From: Balanoglossus misakiensis
Lineage: Eukaryota; Animalia; Hemichordata
Assembly: GCA_040954595.2 (NCBI GenBank)
Contig: CM082591.2
Coordinates: forward strand, 11,487,309-11,551,308
Direction of reading: 5' to 3'
Length of the DNA stretch: 64,000 bases
Of the stretch, positions 41,801 through 56,800 are shown piece by piece (position 1 is the first letter of the stretch; each line of letters starts with the position of its first letter). The translations under genes were made by a program, and so were the position numbers. The notes below the pieces were generated by a model. The model did not search any database and was not told the DNA's origin. It worked only from the letters and a program-made list of their open reading frames with translations.

Positions 41801-44800
41801 TCTGGTCTTTCACAGATATCAAGATTAGTCAAAACTGAATCATTGAACTCTGTCATAGGCAACTCAGTTTGAAACTCTTCCATGGTTTTCAACATATGAT
41901 CAGCATGAACTAGTTTAGTCATGGATCCTATTTTCACAATGTAATTTCGAGGTCCTTTGACTTCAATGATCGACCCCAATAACCATTTGTCATGTTTGGA
42001 CTGTGGTCTAGGATTTTTCACTCTAACCACATCACCTATTTCAAAGTATCGCTCTTGTTTTCTAGAACGATCAAATTGCTCTTTATGTGCTTCCTGTTTC
42101 TTTTCAACCTTTTTAGCCAAACAAGGTTTTACCAAACTCAATCTGGTACGAAGCTGTCTTTTACACATCAATTCAGCTGGACTAACACCTGTTGTGCTAT
42201 GAGGTGTGGTTCTATACCTCAATAGAAAATTAGCTATTCTACATTTCAAAGACATAGATGATCCACCAGCTAAAACTTGCTTAGTGAAACTTTCTTTCAC
42301 AAGTTTAACTGCTCTTTCAGCAGCACCATTAGACGCAGGATGATATGGAGCTACTTTAGTATGATGAATACCATTTCTTTTCATGAATATATCAAATTCA
42401 GCAGACGTGAATTGTGGGCCATTATCTGAAACTAACTGTTCAGGAAGACCGTGTTCAGCAAATATGAGCCTTAACCAGGGTTTTACATCACTTTTTACTT
42501 TTGGGAGTCCCTGGGACTCCTAGTGTTGAAAAATGGGGGTCCTACATCAAACCATGGGGGTCCCAATTTATTTCACCAGAAAATTTTATCATTTTATCAA
42601 TGCTGGAAATTAGAAAATCCTTCTGTGAATGGGCAACGGTTGTAAGAATCAATACCAATCCAAATCATAAAATGATATTGTCTACAAGATATAGGGAGTA
42701 ATTCCAAGATCAACTGTAGTATGGCTAGGGGTCCCATCTTGAACATCACCTTATGAGTGACCCTTTGACCTAAAGCATATAATATGGAGAATACCAGTAC
42801 ATGTACTCTCAACTTGGTCTTCTTATAGTCTTATGCGAGAAATTTGCAGCTGAATCTATATTTAAAGTTTAAGTTCAGGGTTTTCAACAAAACTAAGACT
42901 GCTGGTACTCATGGACGGAGTTGGTTTCAGAGCAATAGGAGTCACGGTAGTTCACTGCTTGCACACAGCCAAGTGCGATATAGGGCGTGATATCGCAGTG
43001 TAACTTACAATTCCCAAGAGGGTGACTGCGTGTACGTAAACTGTATCAAATTCAACAATAAACCAAGTTTGCTACAAGTTTGCTATGAAACTGTTAATCA
43101 GTATCGATTACAGGTCATAAGGTCATTAACTGTTTAATTGACTCTCTGTGTACGCGTACACCCATTAGATATCAGGAAACGCGCAACAAGGGTCTCAACA
43201 ACAGACATATTTCATGCGTCCCAAGGGACGCATGGTTTAGTTTTTGACGGGTCCCACGCCCAGTTTTGTGCGTAAAGGACGCAGAAATGCGCGTCATGTA
43301 AAACCCTGCTTAACTCATCAATTGTACGCTCTGCTGTTATGCTTTTCATTGGCTTCACATCAACCCATTCAGAATGACAATCAACAAGAATAAGATAATA
43401 TGATGTCTTATCTTCACAAAAATCAATATGCACTCTCTGAAAAGGTCTCATTGGCCAAACCCATGGATGTCATGGTAATTTACTGGGTGTTGGTCTTGCT
43501 CTCTGACATACTGAACAAGCTTTGACCTTGGATTCAATATCAGAATCAATTCCTGGCCACCACACATGACTGCGTGCCAGTGCTTTCATTGCACATATTC
43601 CTGGATGTTCCCAATGAAGTTCATCCAGCAATTTCTATCGAAATTTCCTTGGTATGACAACCCTGAGACCCCAGAGAATACATCCTCGTTCTAGAGATAA
43701 TTGATCTCTTTTGTGATAATACGGTTTCAATGCATCAGGCATGTCTGTACAATTCTTTGGCCAGCCATTCAAAACATAATCATACACTTTACAGAGAATT
43801 GGATTGACCCTGGTTTCTCTAGCAATATCATCGGCTAGAACTGGAAAACTCTCATCAAGTATACCCACAGCAAATACATTGGAATCAGCATCAGTATTGT
43901 GCTTACTTGGATTTGGTAATCTCGACAACGCATCACAGTTAGCGTGTGCCGTTGTGTTACGATACTCAATATCATAGTCATATGCCTGCAGAATTAATGC
44001 CCAACGTTGCATTCTTGCAGCTGCTATGGTAGGGATACCCGCTTTTGGACCCAAAATAGCCAGCAGTGGCTTGTGATCTGTTACAAGAGTGAATTTTCTC
44101 CCATACAGAAAATCATGAAACTTCTTAACTCCAAATATCAATGATAATGCTTCTCTTTCAATTTGAGCATAATTACGCTCGCTTGGGCTGAGCGTTCTAG
44201 AGGCATACGCTATTGGTCTCTCATCACCATTTTCGAACACATGTGAGAGAACCGCTCCAACGCCATAACTTGAAGCGTCACAATCAAGCTTCAATTTCTT
44301 ACTCTGATCATAGTGTACCAACAAGGTCTCACTAGTCAAGTTTGCTTTACATGTCTCATACGCTTTTTGACATTTATCGCTCCATTTCCAAACAACACCT
44401 TTCTTTAACAACTCATGCAGAGGCTGCAATGTAGTAGCTAAATTTGGTAAAAACTGATGGTAGTACTGTACCATACCCAAAAATGAACGCAATTGTGATA
44501 CATTCTTTGGTACTGGAGCCTGTTTTATGGCTTGTACAGAGGATTCCACAGGTTTCAATCCTTCACCACTGTATTCTAAACCCAAATACACAGTGCTAGA
44601 CTTTGCAAATTCACACTTTGACAAATTTACGTGCAAATTATTATCACTCAATCTTTTGAGAACTTGTTCCAAAATATCAAGATTCTCATGAACATTGTCA
44701 CCCCCAATAAGGATATCATCTTGTTTCCAAACACATTTCTGGACACCTTGAAGGATACAATCCATCTTAGTCTGAAATATTTTTGGCGCAGACTTCACAC

Positions 44801-47800
44801 CATATGGTAACTTTGTGTACGAGTACAGACCTTTATGAGTATTAATGGTCAAATACTTTCTACTTTCGTCATCAACTGACAATTGAGCATAAGCATGTGT
44901 CAAATCCAAACGTGTGAATACTTTTGACCCCGACAGTTGAACATACAAATCTTGTGTAGTCGGTGAAGTACACTGCTCATCCTCAACTACTGGATTAATA
45001 CAGGTGTTGGAAGTTTGTTACTTATTCCTTATTCGAATGTGAAGTTTGTTACTTATTCCTTATTCCTTATTCCTTATTCGGATTCTGAAGTCTGTGACTT
45101 ATTCCTTATTCAAAGCTTATTCCTTATTCGAAATCTGAAGTCTGTGACTTATTCCTTATTCGGATTCTGAAGTCTGTGACTTATTCCTTATTCGGATTCT
45201 GAAGTCTGTGACTTTTTCCTTATTCGGATTCTGAAGTCTGTGACTTTTTCCTTATTCAAAGCTTATTCCTTATTCGAAATCTGAAGTCTGTGACTTATTC
45301 CTTATTCGGATTCTGAAGTCTGTGACTTATTCCTTATTCGGATTCTGAAGTCTGTGACTTTTTCCTTATTCAAAGCTTATTCCTTATTCGAAATCTGAAG
45401 TCTGTGACTTATTCCTTTTTCTGATTCTGAAGTCTGTGACTTTTTCCTTATTCAAAGCTTATTCCTTATTCGAAATCTGAAGTCTGTGACTTCCTGAAGT
45501 CTGTGACTTATTCCTTATTCGAAATCTGAAGTTTCTGACTTATTCCTTATTCGCAATCTGACGTACGGAACGCGTGTTAAATATGCCTTAAGTTTCAAGG
45601 CGCCCCAACTCACTGTGTACAGGTATGCGCTGTTATGCGGACGGTTTCAAGACACCCCCACTCCAACGCACGTAAACAAAAAAGAAAGATGGCTGCTCAC
45701 TGAGACAACTGAGCGGTTTTCGATCGATTGTATCGGCATTTTTGGCGTTTTGAAAGCCAAGTAACATGCAACACAAGAACTAACGGAGATGTAAGATGTA
45801 TAATAAAAAGGTTATTACGAAAATACTGCTAAGTATGCACTCAGAGGAATAAGGAATAAGTCAGTGTCAGACTTCAGAATCCGAATAAGGAAAAAGTCAG
45901 ATTTCGAATAAGGAATAAGTCACAGACTTCAGCTTTGAATAAGGAATAAGTCACAGACTTCAGCTTTGAATAAGGAATAAGTCACAGACTTCAGAATCCG
46001 AATAAGGAATAAGTCACAGACTTCAGAAGCGAATAAGGTAAAAGTCAGATTTCGAATAAGGAATAAGTCACAGACTTCAGCTTTGAATAAGGAATAAGTC
46101 ACAGACTTCAGCTTTGAATAAGGAATAAGGAATAAGTAACAAACTTCACATTCGAATAAGGAATAAGGAATAAGTAACAAACTTCACATTCGAATAAGGA
46201 ATAAGGAATAAGTAACAAACTTCACATTCGAATAAGGAATAAGGAATAAGGAATAAGTAACAAACTTCACGAACCCGATTAATACTTACTTTATAGTCAC
46301 CACAAATTCTGACTGTTTTATCAGCTTTGGGCACCACTACAATTGGACTCGCCCACTCAGACTGATCAACTTTAACTATTACTCCATTTTTTTCCAGTTT
46401 TGCCAATTCTGTTTCGACTGCTCCACGAAGCGCATATGGAACTCGTCTTGGCTTGTGAAATACAGGTTTTGCACCCTCTTTGACACGAATATGAGCTTTG
46501 TGCCCACGCATACCATCATAGCTATCAGTAAATATGTTACTGTGCTTACGAAGAATCAAATCAAGCCTGTCTTTTGTTTTGGCAGTCAAACAATCACCAG
46601 CATTTCCTTTACTGATTGTTTGGGCAGTACACAGAAATATCTTACACCAATTTAATTTCAATTTCTGCAACCAATTTCTACCAAGCAGGGTTGGTTTACC
46701 TGGGTGGTCCACTATTATCAATGGCAAATCGACACACTGACCGTCATAACATACTGTGACCAAAATTTCAACCTCCCACAGACCGAAATCGGATCTCCAG
46801 TATAGCTTTTCAGTCTTACCGAAGATTTCCTCAAGGGACTTTGACTGAATTTCTTGTTATACTCCGTTTTAGACATGATACTGTAGTCAGCTGCTGTGTC
46901 TACTTGCATTGACACGGACTTACCATTCATATCTAGGCTTACAAAATAGCCAGATTTTTCTCCACCTACATTCATATTGATGGAGGATACAACATTATAC
47001 ACACATGAATCAGAGTCATCACTGTCTTCAACTGTTTCAGTGACTGACTTTACAGATTCAACCATAGGCCTTTTTTCACTTCTGACATTTCCCTTGGCCT
47101 TCACTTTACCTCTAGTTTTACAAAACTTTGCAAAGTGACCTTGTTTTGAACACTTGTGACATACTACATTTTTATGTGGACACTCTTTCGCAAAATGATT
47201 GTTTCCACATCTGAAACACTGTACAGTTTTAGAATGTTCACGTTTTACAACACTGTTTATAATAGTACTTTTGCTGTGAGAGTCTGATCTCATCTGTTGC
47301 GACTGTTTCGTCGTCATTTCCATCGACGCAGCTGTTTGACATGCTTTCTCAAAGTTCAAGTTCTGCATGTTGAGTAATTTCTGTTGAATTCTCAAATCGA
47401 GCACCCCACACACAAGTCTGTCCCGTAATGCTCTATCGAGATAGTTGCCGAAATTACAGTGAATGGACATTTTCTTCAGTGCTAGAATATAGTCACTCAC
47501 GGACTCTTCCGGTTTTTGATCCCTTTTCCAAAAGTGAAACGACTCACTTATCTCCAACGGAACTGGATTATAATGCTCAGTCAGGCAGGTTTCAATGTCC
47601 GCTAACGACTTGTCACGTGGTTTTATTGGCGCCAAAAGATTCACCAACACGGTGTGCACCTCAGCACCGATCTGAGTCAGAAATATAGCTTTCTTCCGCT
47701 CATCTGATTCAACATTGTTCGCCACGAAGAACATCTGCATTCTGTCGATGTACGAAATGAAGGTTTCCTTCGAACTTTCGAACGGTCCCACACAACCAAG

Positions 47801-50800
47801 ATACGTGCCGCCAGTAGCCATGACGAATTATGCAAAATTTTCTGGTCTACTGCCGTATCGTTGACTTGTACAATGTTATAACTTCTAAGTACTTCGTTAT
47901 CTGAAAGTTAGTTTTACAACTCACTGTTCAGTGAACTTCCGTCACATCAAATCTGACGAATCTAGAGTGCGTTTACGACTCAACGTCACCGTTTTCACCA
48001 CATCCAATCTGGTTTACGTGACTGATGAAAGTGACCGCTACGTCCGATCTACGTCTTGTCTACGTGCTCACTTTCTGGCGCACTCCTCCCCTTTTTCGTT
48101 GAACTGAACTTCACCTGTCTTTCGCCGTTTTCCGTCTTTTCTTGTCGCTCGAACTAGTCTCTATAGTTAATGTTCACGAACGGGTCCTTCGATTAGTCAC
48201 CTCGTCGCCAATTTGTGATATATCTGGGATATATTCAGGGAGAGCACAAGAGGACACAGCAGACAGTTGTTCATTCAACTTCAGGGAGCCCTGTAGTACA
48301 GTTTATTACTACGCATGCGCACACTACGTCATCATGAATACATGCATATATTACAAGTGGTAAGAACTCAAACACACTTGATGACCACGTTGGTGGTGTA
48401 GACCTGAAAATGTTGATAGACTCAGGCGCAACTAGCAACATTATTTATGAGCCAACCTGGGAGCAATTAAAGTGACAGCAGATCAGATGTGCATCACAGG
48501 CCAACACATACGGACGAAAACTGTACCCATACGGATCCAACCAACCCCTAACCGTCAAGGGCAGTTTCACATGTGAAGTAAAGGTGGGCAGAAACGTCAC
48601 CAATGCTGAATTCCTAGTCATCAAAGGCAAAGGCATACCTTTACTCGGCAAGGACACATCAACAAAATTGGGTGTACTGAAAATTGGTATTGGTGCACAC
48701 ATCGCAGCAGTAACAGACATGGCCAACCGCTTACAGCGACAGTACCCAGATGTCTTTACTGGTGTAGGCAAGCTCAACACGAAGCAAATAAAACTTCACA
48801 TCAACCCCTCCGTAGAACCTGTAGCACACCCCCTGAGGCGAACACCATTCAACTTGAGAGAAAAGGTAGAGGCGAAAATAAAAGAGCTACTGGATTTGGA
48901 CATAATTGAACCAGTAGACGGGCCGACACCATGGGTCAACCCAGTCGTCGTAGTGCCAAAATCAGGAGGTGACATCAGACTATGCATTGACATGCGCAGA
49001 GCAAATGAAGCGATCATACGCGGCAGACACCCTATCCCTACCGTAGATGAGCTGTTACAGAACATGAACGGTTCCAAAGTGTTCAGCAAACTAGACTTAA
49101 AGTGGGGTTACCACCAGTTGGAGCTGACGCCAGAATCCCGTGAGATCACAACATTCACCACACACGCCGGACTGTATCGTTACAAGCGATTGCTATTTGG
49201 TGTAAGTTCAGCGAGTGAACAGTATCAACACGAAATTGCGACAGCCCTGGCAGGCATTGATGGTGTAGAGAACATATCTGATGATGTCATAGTACATGGG
49301 TGTGACCAGGAAACACATGACCGCAGTTTACTTGCAGTCATAACCCAATTACGCGATTGTGGTCTAACACTGAACCGTGAAAAGTGTCAATTCAACATGG
49401 ATGAGCTTGTTTTCATGGGAATACTACTGTCACAGAAGGGCAAAGGACCAACCCAAGACAGAGTTAGAGCCGTATTGGAGGCCAGAGAACCGAAAGATGT
49501 ATCTGAAGTCAGAAGCTTCATGGGCATGGTTAGCTACAGTAGCCGATTTATACCAGGCTTTGCAACCATCTCAGAACCGCTGAGGAGAATCACTAGAAAG
49601 AACGTGCCATTTCATTTCAGTCCAGAACAGAAATCAGCATTTGCAGAGCTGAAGGCGAGTTTAGCCAAAGCAACAACCCTAGCCTACTTTGACAAGAACG
49701 CTCCGACGAAAGTGATTGCTGATGCCAGTCCCGTAGGACTAGGTGCAGTGCTAGTGCAGGAGCAGAACAAAATGCTAGTTCCAGTTTGTTATGCAAGCCG
49801 TAGCCTCACTGATTGTGAGCGGAGATACTCGCAGACTGAACGTGAAGCATTAGCTCTTGTTTGGGCATGTGAGAGGTTCCATGCATACATATATGGCATG
49901 AACTTTGATTTGGTGACAGATCATCGACCTTTGCAGGCTATCTATAGTCCCCGTTCCAGACCATGTGCTCGCATAGAACGATGGGTCTTACGTCTTCAAC
50001 CGTATACTTTCAGAGTGGTATACATACCAGGTCCACAAAACATAGCCGACCCACTCTCACGACTGTTAGGTGATGAGAAGACTGAGACGAAACACACACA
50101 CGAAGCCGAAGAATACGTACGCTTCGTCGCGATCAACGCCACACCCCGAGCGCTATCTACACGTGAGATAGAGGATGCATCCGCAAAAGACAGCGAGATG
50201 GCAGAACTGAGGGTCGCCATAGAAACCGGTAAATTCGACAAATGTAGACAATATGCACCCATAGCCGGACAATTGTGCGTGATTGGACAGCTAGTCCTGA
50301 GGCCACATGCATTGCTTTGGCACATGAAGGGCACCTTGGCATTGTGGGTACCAAACAGAACCTGAGAAGCAAGATATGGTGGCCAGGCATGGACAAGGTT
50401 GCCGAGAAATTCTGCAGATCTTGTCATGGTTGCCAATTGGTAGCAAGACCAGATCCACCTGAACCCATACAACCCACAACATTACCAGATGGTCCCTGGC
50501 AAGATGTTGCGACCGATTTGTTAGGTCCATTGCCATCCGGACAATCCATATAAGTCGTCGTCGATTACTATAGTCGATACTATGAGTATGCGATCCTGAC
50601 ATCCACAACTGCGGAGAAAGTGATAGACAGCTTGGAAGAGATATTCAGTCGACACGGACTCCCAGTGACGATCAAGTCTGACAACGGTCCACAGTTCCGA
50701 TCCGAAGAGTTCCAGAAATACTGTGACCACAACAGCATCACACACCTTAGTGTTACAGCAAGGTGGGCTCAAGCTAACGGCGAAGTAGAACGCCAGAACA

Positions 50801-53800
50801 GATCATTGATGAAGAGGATCCGTATCGCTCAGGCTGAAGGGCTAGATTGGAAACGAGAACTGAGAAGATACGTGACCAAATACAGAGGCATAGATCATGC
50901 TACTACAGGCAAAAGCCCAGCCGAACTCCTATTCAGACGCAAGATAAGAGGGAAATTGCCAGAATTCAACGCAGAGCGTCACAACGACATAGATGTACGT
51001 GACAGAGATGCCGAACAGAAAGGAAAAGCAAAGATGTATGCAGATGAAAGAAGGAATGCGCGATATTCTGAAGTGCAAGTTGGAGATAAAATTCTAGTTG
51101 AGCAGCAGAAGACAAACAAATTGTCAACTCCATTTAACCCGGAGCCGTATACTGTTGTCAACAAAACTGGGAATAGCATCATAGTTGAGTCCCCGAGAGG
51201 TGTTCAATATTCTAGGAATACCACACACATCAAGAAATACATCACTGACACCGTGACACCGGAGCAGGAGACCAAGCCAGCATTTCCAGACCAACAGCCA
51301 GCACAACAAGAATCGCCACCTGCTATATCACCCTGTGATCAGTCTTTGCAGAATCATCAGCGTGAAAGTCCACAGACTCCGACAGATTCACCTATGACTA
51401 GTAGTGGCAGACCACAAAGGTCCAGGCAACTGCCATCAAAATATTCAGATTTTCTTGTTAGCTATTAGCTTTGACCCTGAATATTGACATTGAAACTTGT
51501 CAATAGTTTATTGTTGTTTTCAGATATGCGCGGAACTCTGATATAAGGAAAATACATACCGCGGACACTTTCATGTTTATGCATTGTTGGACATGCATTC
51601 GTTTCACATTTTGCAGTTGATTGTTTATAAACTTTGAATTGAGCATTTTCGTGAACACTTGACATTCCATGGATACATTAGTAGCCTGAAGAGCTATTCC
51701 AAGAAAAGGAGGGATGTAGTGTATCAGATGTATTCTGATCCCCCCTGTATTGACTTTGGTATATTCCAGACGCATGGCAGTATGGGACATATAGCCTCGT
51801 TCCGATACTCTCTCTGGTACTTGTAGTTCTCCTTGTGTGCAAGCAATAAATACCTGTTCGTGTTCATGATTCAATTCGGAGTGTCCTCTAATTTACGAAG
51901 TAAGAGCGACCGACACGTATCAACATATATATCGTGAGAAGCGGTATATAACACATTTAAGATTACTGCTGATGGTGATACCTAAGTAAGGGTTGTCAGT
52001 GACATTTTCCAGTACATGGTCATTCAGAAGATATTTGTGTTGAAGTGGAGATTTACTTCTGGTTATGGACATTAGGTAACATTTGGTTGCATTAAATCTC
52101 ATTCCCCACTTTTCAGCCCAGTTTTCGAGAGATGTAAGATCCTGTTGTAGTTTTAGCTGGTCATCCGGTGTTTTGATAGGTCTGTAGAGTAGGCAGTCAT
52201 CCGCAAAGAGTCTGACTTGTGATAATACACATTTGGGGAGGTCATTGATGTGGCATAGGAACAGGAGTGGTCCGAGTACTGTCCCCTGTGGTACTCCAGA
52301 ATCTACTTTGCAGGAATTTGATGTTTGACCCTCAATGACGACTTGTTGTGTTCGATTTGTCACAAATGATGAAATCCACTTCTGAATGTTTCCTCTTATT
52401 CCATAATGGTCCAGCTTGTGTAGCAATTTTCTGTGAGGTACTGTGTCGAACGCCTTACTGAAGTCTAGAATAGCCAGGTCTGTTTGTACTTTTTTGTCGA
52501 AGGTTGATATGATATCATGCATGGTGATTACTAGTTGGCTTTCACATGAGTGACCACTTCGGAAGCCGTGTTGTAAGGGTGATAGGATTTTATGGAGTTC
52601 CAGATGGTTTAGTATGTGTCGACAGATAATGTGTTCTAATAATTTGCAGCATACACATGTTAATGAGACAGGCCCGTAATTACTGGCAATGTGTTTGTTT
52701 CCTTTTTTAAAGACAGGGGAAATGTTCGCGTTTCTCCAATCCATTGGTAATGTACCGGTATCAAGACTGAGTTGGAACAATTTTGTGATGACTGGTGCTA
52801 GCTCTGATGCACAAGTTTTCAATATGAAGTTTGGTATATCATCTGGACCACATGCTTTGCTGATGTTTACTTGTTTCAGCAGTTTCTCAACACCTTGAAC
52901 GCTGAGATTAATGTCATTGATAGGTGGATGGTTGTTCTGTGACATTGGTGGCATTGGTTCATCTGGGTTATCTTTGGTGAATACTGATTTGAACTGTTTA
53001 TTAAGTAGATTGGCTTTTACCTTGCTATCCTGGTGCAAAATCCCTCTTTCCTTGATGCTAGCTATTCCGATGTTATCCTTCCTTTTAGCTTTTATATATT
53101 TCCAAAAGCTTTTGTTGTTACCTTCTACCATTGATTTCTCCATGATGTTGTTTACATATTCCCAATGTGCATGTCTTATGTTCTTTTGAGTTCGTCGTTT
53201 GTGTTCTGTAGTACTACTGGTTTCTGTAGATCATAGTACTGCAAGACTGGGGCTGCAGCTATCAGTTGTTTGGCTTTCTTGAAAGCTGCTTCCTGGGTTT
53301 CCGACCAGCAAAATGGTACTCCATTCTGAGTTAGCATTGTGAGTGGCCGTATTGTTGCGCTCAGATTGTCACAATACGGTGAGAGGTAGTTTATCATGCC
53401 GATGAACCGGAGCAGGCCTGCTTTGTCTTGAGGGCTCGGCATGTCGATGATCGCTGCTACTTTGTCTGGATCGGGTTTCATCCCTTTGTCGGTTATGATG
53501 TTGCCAACAAATTTTATCTCTCTACGTTTGAATTTGAGTTTGTCCGGATTGAACTTTATATTTCTTTGTATGGCTCGTTCCATGAGTGCCACAAAGCGGC
53601 GGTCGTGGTCTCGTTTAGCTTCTTCATATGTCTCTCCTTCTCCAAACACAAGGAGGTCGTCTGCTACAATGAGAAGAATTCCTTCAAGGCCTTCTATGGC
53701 TGTCATGAGTCTCATCTGGAATTCTTCTGATGCACTTGTGATACCAAATGGCAAGCCAAGCCATCTGTATCGTCCGTAGGATGTGTGCATTGTGGTCATC

Positions 53801-56800
53801 ATGGAGGACTCTTTATCGAGAGGGATGTGTAGGAATCCTTCACGTACATCAATGATGGAGAAGCATTTGGCATTGCACAGTTTGTGTAGCTTCTCATTCA
53901 GCGTTGGCATCTGGTATATGGGTCGTAGAATTGCTTTGTTGACTGTTTGACTTGGGTCAATACACACCCTGAACTTGTTTGGAGACTCGCGTATTAAGAT
54001 GTTGGAACACCAGGGGGTAGGTACATCAACTTTTTCCAATATTCCCTCTTCCACATATTTATCTAGAGCAGCTTTTTCCTTTTCTCGTTTGGCAATAGGT
54101 ACCCTGTGAATAGGCACCTGAATCTGGGATACATCTTGTTTGACCTTGAAGTGCACTGGGGGACCAAGCTCACCTATGTTTTTAAAGTTTTCTGGATATT
54201 CTCTGATGATGTCCTCCTTCGTGAGCTGGCCCGGTGGGGGCAAATGTCGTTCTGCTGACACGCTAACTGGACGTGATGGTTGTGGTTTGGGTTGGCATTG
54301 AGAGGGCGTGTTGTTGTGTTGTGCTTCGACATGGTTACAGGTCATAGGCGAAGTTGCGGGGGTCAGCTTGTTATGAGGTTTCTGCATTCTGTAGCCAGGT
54401 GATTCACTTGGTTCTGCTTCAGTTACGTTGTATATTGTCTTTGAAAGGGAGAAAACTTCATCAGCCTGAATCTTGACCAGCCCAAGTTTTTCACAGTCTT
54501 GTCCTGACAGCAGGGCAGGTTTGTCTCCCGTCACACTGTATGGTAAAACCTGGAAGGATAGTGTTTCGTATCTGTCCTTCCTTTCACATATCAGGTCAAC
54601 TTGACCTATGGGCTTCAATGGCCTTGTGTTTTCATATGGATATAGCAGATATGGGGAACGTGAAATTGCTGTCTCTGGGAGTGATGTCTGAAGTGTTCGA
54701 TCAGATATTGTGTTGCATGTGGCGGCAGTGTCAATCTGAAATTTGACTGGTGTGAATCGTGTACCGCTGTTTGACATTTTCAGATTCACATAGTACCTCT
54801 TTCCCCTGGAGGTTGTGTTCACATTGTAGATTTCTGATGCAAGGGAATATACATTTTGTTGTGGCTATTCACTTTGGTACTCGTCGGTAAACGGTGCGTC
54901 CGACTGTGTCTCCCATGACTGGAGTTGGTTGACCACTTGAGTGCGCTGTTCTCTGGTGTTGCCCTGTTGAGGTCTCCCACTGTTTTGGTTCATGAAGTTG
55001 GTTGAGGTCGGTGTTCTTGGCGCCTGGTTGGTGCGCTGCTGTGCGCGAGCAGGACGGGTTTCTGTTTCCAGGCATACTCTAGCGAAGTGATCGTTTCCCC
55101 CACATCTTGTGCATTTCTTGCGTGTGGCGGGGCAAATTTTCCATGGATGGCTGCCACGTCGGTCTCCGCACCAGTGGCACATCCCTGGTTCTCGTTTCAG
55201 TCTCATATCACGGTGTTTGGTCCAATTTACCTGTTCCTCGATTCCTCTTGAAGTGTCAACAATTAGTTTGTTTGCCCTTTTGGCGGCCTCAAGTGCTTTG
55301 GCATCAGCAACAACATTGGATATTGATTTATTCGAGCCATCTGCTTTTAAATTCGTTTTGAGTAGCTCCGTACGGATGGCGCTGTCATGTAGACCGAACA
55401 CGAATTTATCTCTGCACATCTCATCTGCTAGGCCTTCGAACTCACACATGCTGCCTGCTTGTCGTACTTTTACTTCCCAGTCTTGTACTGAGTCATGAGA
55501 ATTTTGGCTCGAGTTCCAAAATTTGAATCTATCAGCTAGTCATGAGGGAGCTCCAGGCCGAACCGGTATAATGGGTGCGGAGCTTTTCCATCCATATCCA
55601 GGGTTTGAGTTTATCAGTGGCGGGTATCTGGGGTTCGATTGTGTAGCGTATTACCTGTAGGGCTTCATCGGGCATGGCTGACCTCAGTGCAGCTATCTCG
55701 AGTTGGGGCTTCTTATAGTATTCCGACTGTTCATTGTATTGGTCCTTTGTAAGGTCCCGATAGTCAGCTTGTACGCAGTAGTCATTAAATCAGAGCTCAA
55801 AGTTCTTGAAGTTCTCGGATATGTTGCCGAGTAGTTTCAGCTCTGGCCGTTTCAAGTTAGAAGTCATGCTGGAATTTGTTGATCGGACGGTGGGGTCTGT
55901 TTTCGCTTGTACTCACAGTTGGGGGTTGTCTGTTTGGTTCGGTGAATCCCACTTCTGACACCAAGTTTCCTGCTCACTGCGGGGTGACACAACTCACGGG
56001 ACGACCGTAGTGTGATTGTATTGCTTTATTCAACGGGCTACATGTGCATGGGCGGGACGCCATTACAATCAGGATTGCACCCTGCTTAACATAACCGGAA
56101 GTCACATAGAAGTAGTAACTAGAGGGCGCTAGACTGCCAACAATGAGATAGAGGATGAATTTCACTTTTGTATTGTGTGTCCATTCTATGCGGATTTACG
56201 AGTCAAGTATATTCCTAGATATTACTATTTAATGCCAACCTACGATAAATTTTACCTCCTCATGCAATCATGTAACCCAAGTATCTTGCGTAATCTTTCA
56301 AAATTTGTATTTTTTGCCCCGAAAAAATGATCTGAAGTGTGATTCGTTTCTTTCCTTTTCATGGACATGATGTAATTCGAACAATTATTTTACATTTTTG
56401 CGTCCTCCGGAGATTTCAGGTGACGTACTATTTTGTATACACAGAGGCCGGTGGCCTATATTGTATCTGAATAAACTATTACTATGAAAAAAATTACCCC
56501 TCTGAAAAGAGCGATGTTTAGCACCTTGCTTAGTCAACAGTCAATGTACCTTGTTGCTGATGGTCATCAGTAAAATGAGGAGCCCCAAAACCTATAGGCA
56601 AAACCTTGAGGTAGTCGGAACTTACTGCAGCTGGGGCTCTGCTGAATAAATTGAGACCCCCAGTGGAAGTGATAGTGAAACTTGAAGCAAAGTTCATGGT
56701 GATAATTGCTTGGCAACTAGGTCTTGTCATTTTCTGCCTAAAAATACATCCCTGTGCGTGAATAAATTAAAAACATCTTTGTCCCAAGGGACCAACTCAA

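Larger units (their letters stand above)
41367..48355 (-). mobile_element. Ty3/gypsy family C (Mag-like), full length with two DNA-element insertions
   Basis: 142-bp LTRs 41367-41508 and 48214-48355 (1 mismatch); TSD AGTGG; PBS tggcgacgagg; gag-PR 46718-47821, RT/RH 43635-46763, IN 41605-43630 with stops and frameshifts. Confidence 0.96.
40213..51953 (+). mobile_element. Ty3/gypsy family B (Mag-like), interrupted between gag and protease
   Basis: 239-bp LTRs 40213-40451 and 51715-51953 (1 mismatch); TSD CATTT; PBS tggcgacgag; PPT aagaaaaggaggga. Confidence 0.96.
39571..53205 (-). mobile_element. 5'-truncated CR1-group LINE, split (51954-53205 + 39571-40212)
   Basis: [25 protein letters not shown]; rejoined [24 protein letters not shown]; (tacaga)n tail; no real TSD. 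Confidence 0.9.
35857..56142 (-). mobile_element. Ty3/gypsy family A copy 2, multiply interrupted
   Basis: 5' LTR 55964-56142; 3' LTR 35857-36471 (contains a MITE; 3 mismatches otherwise); TSD ATGA; gag-pol pieces 53206-55868 and ~37708-39570. Confidence 0.96.
35133..56489 (+). mobile_element. 5'-truncated LINE (RTEX-like), split (35133-35856 + 56143-56489)
   Basis: [33 protein letters not shown]|[14 protein letters not shown]; aataaa + short tail; TSD aaaatt(a)cccct. Confidence 0.85.
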
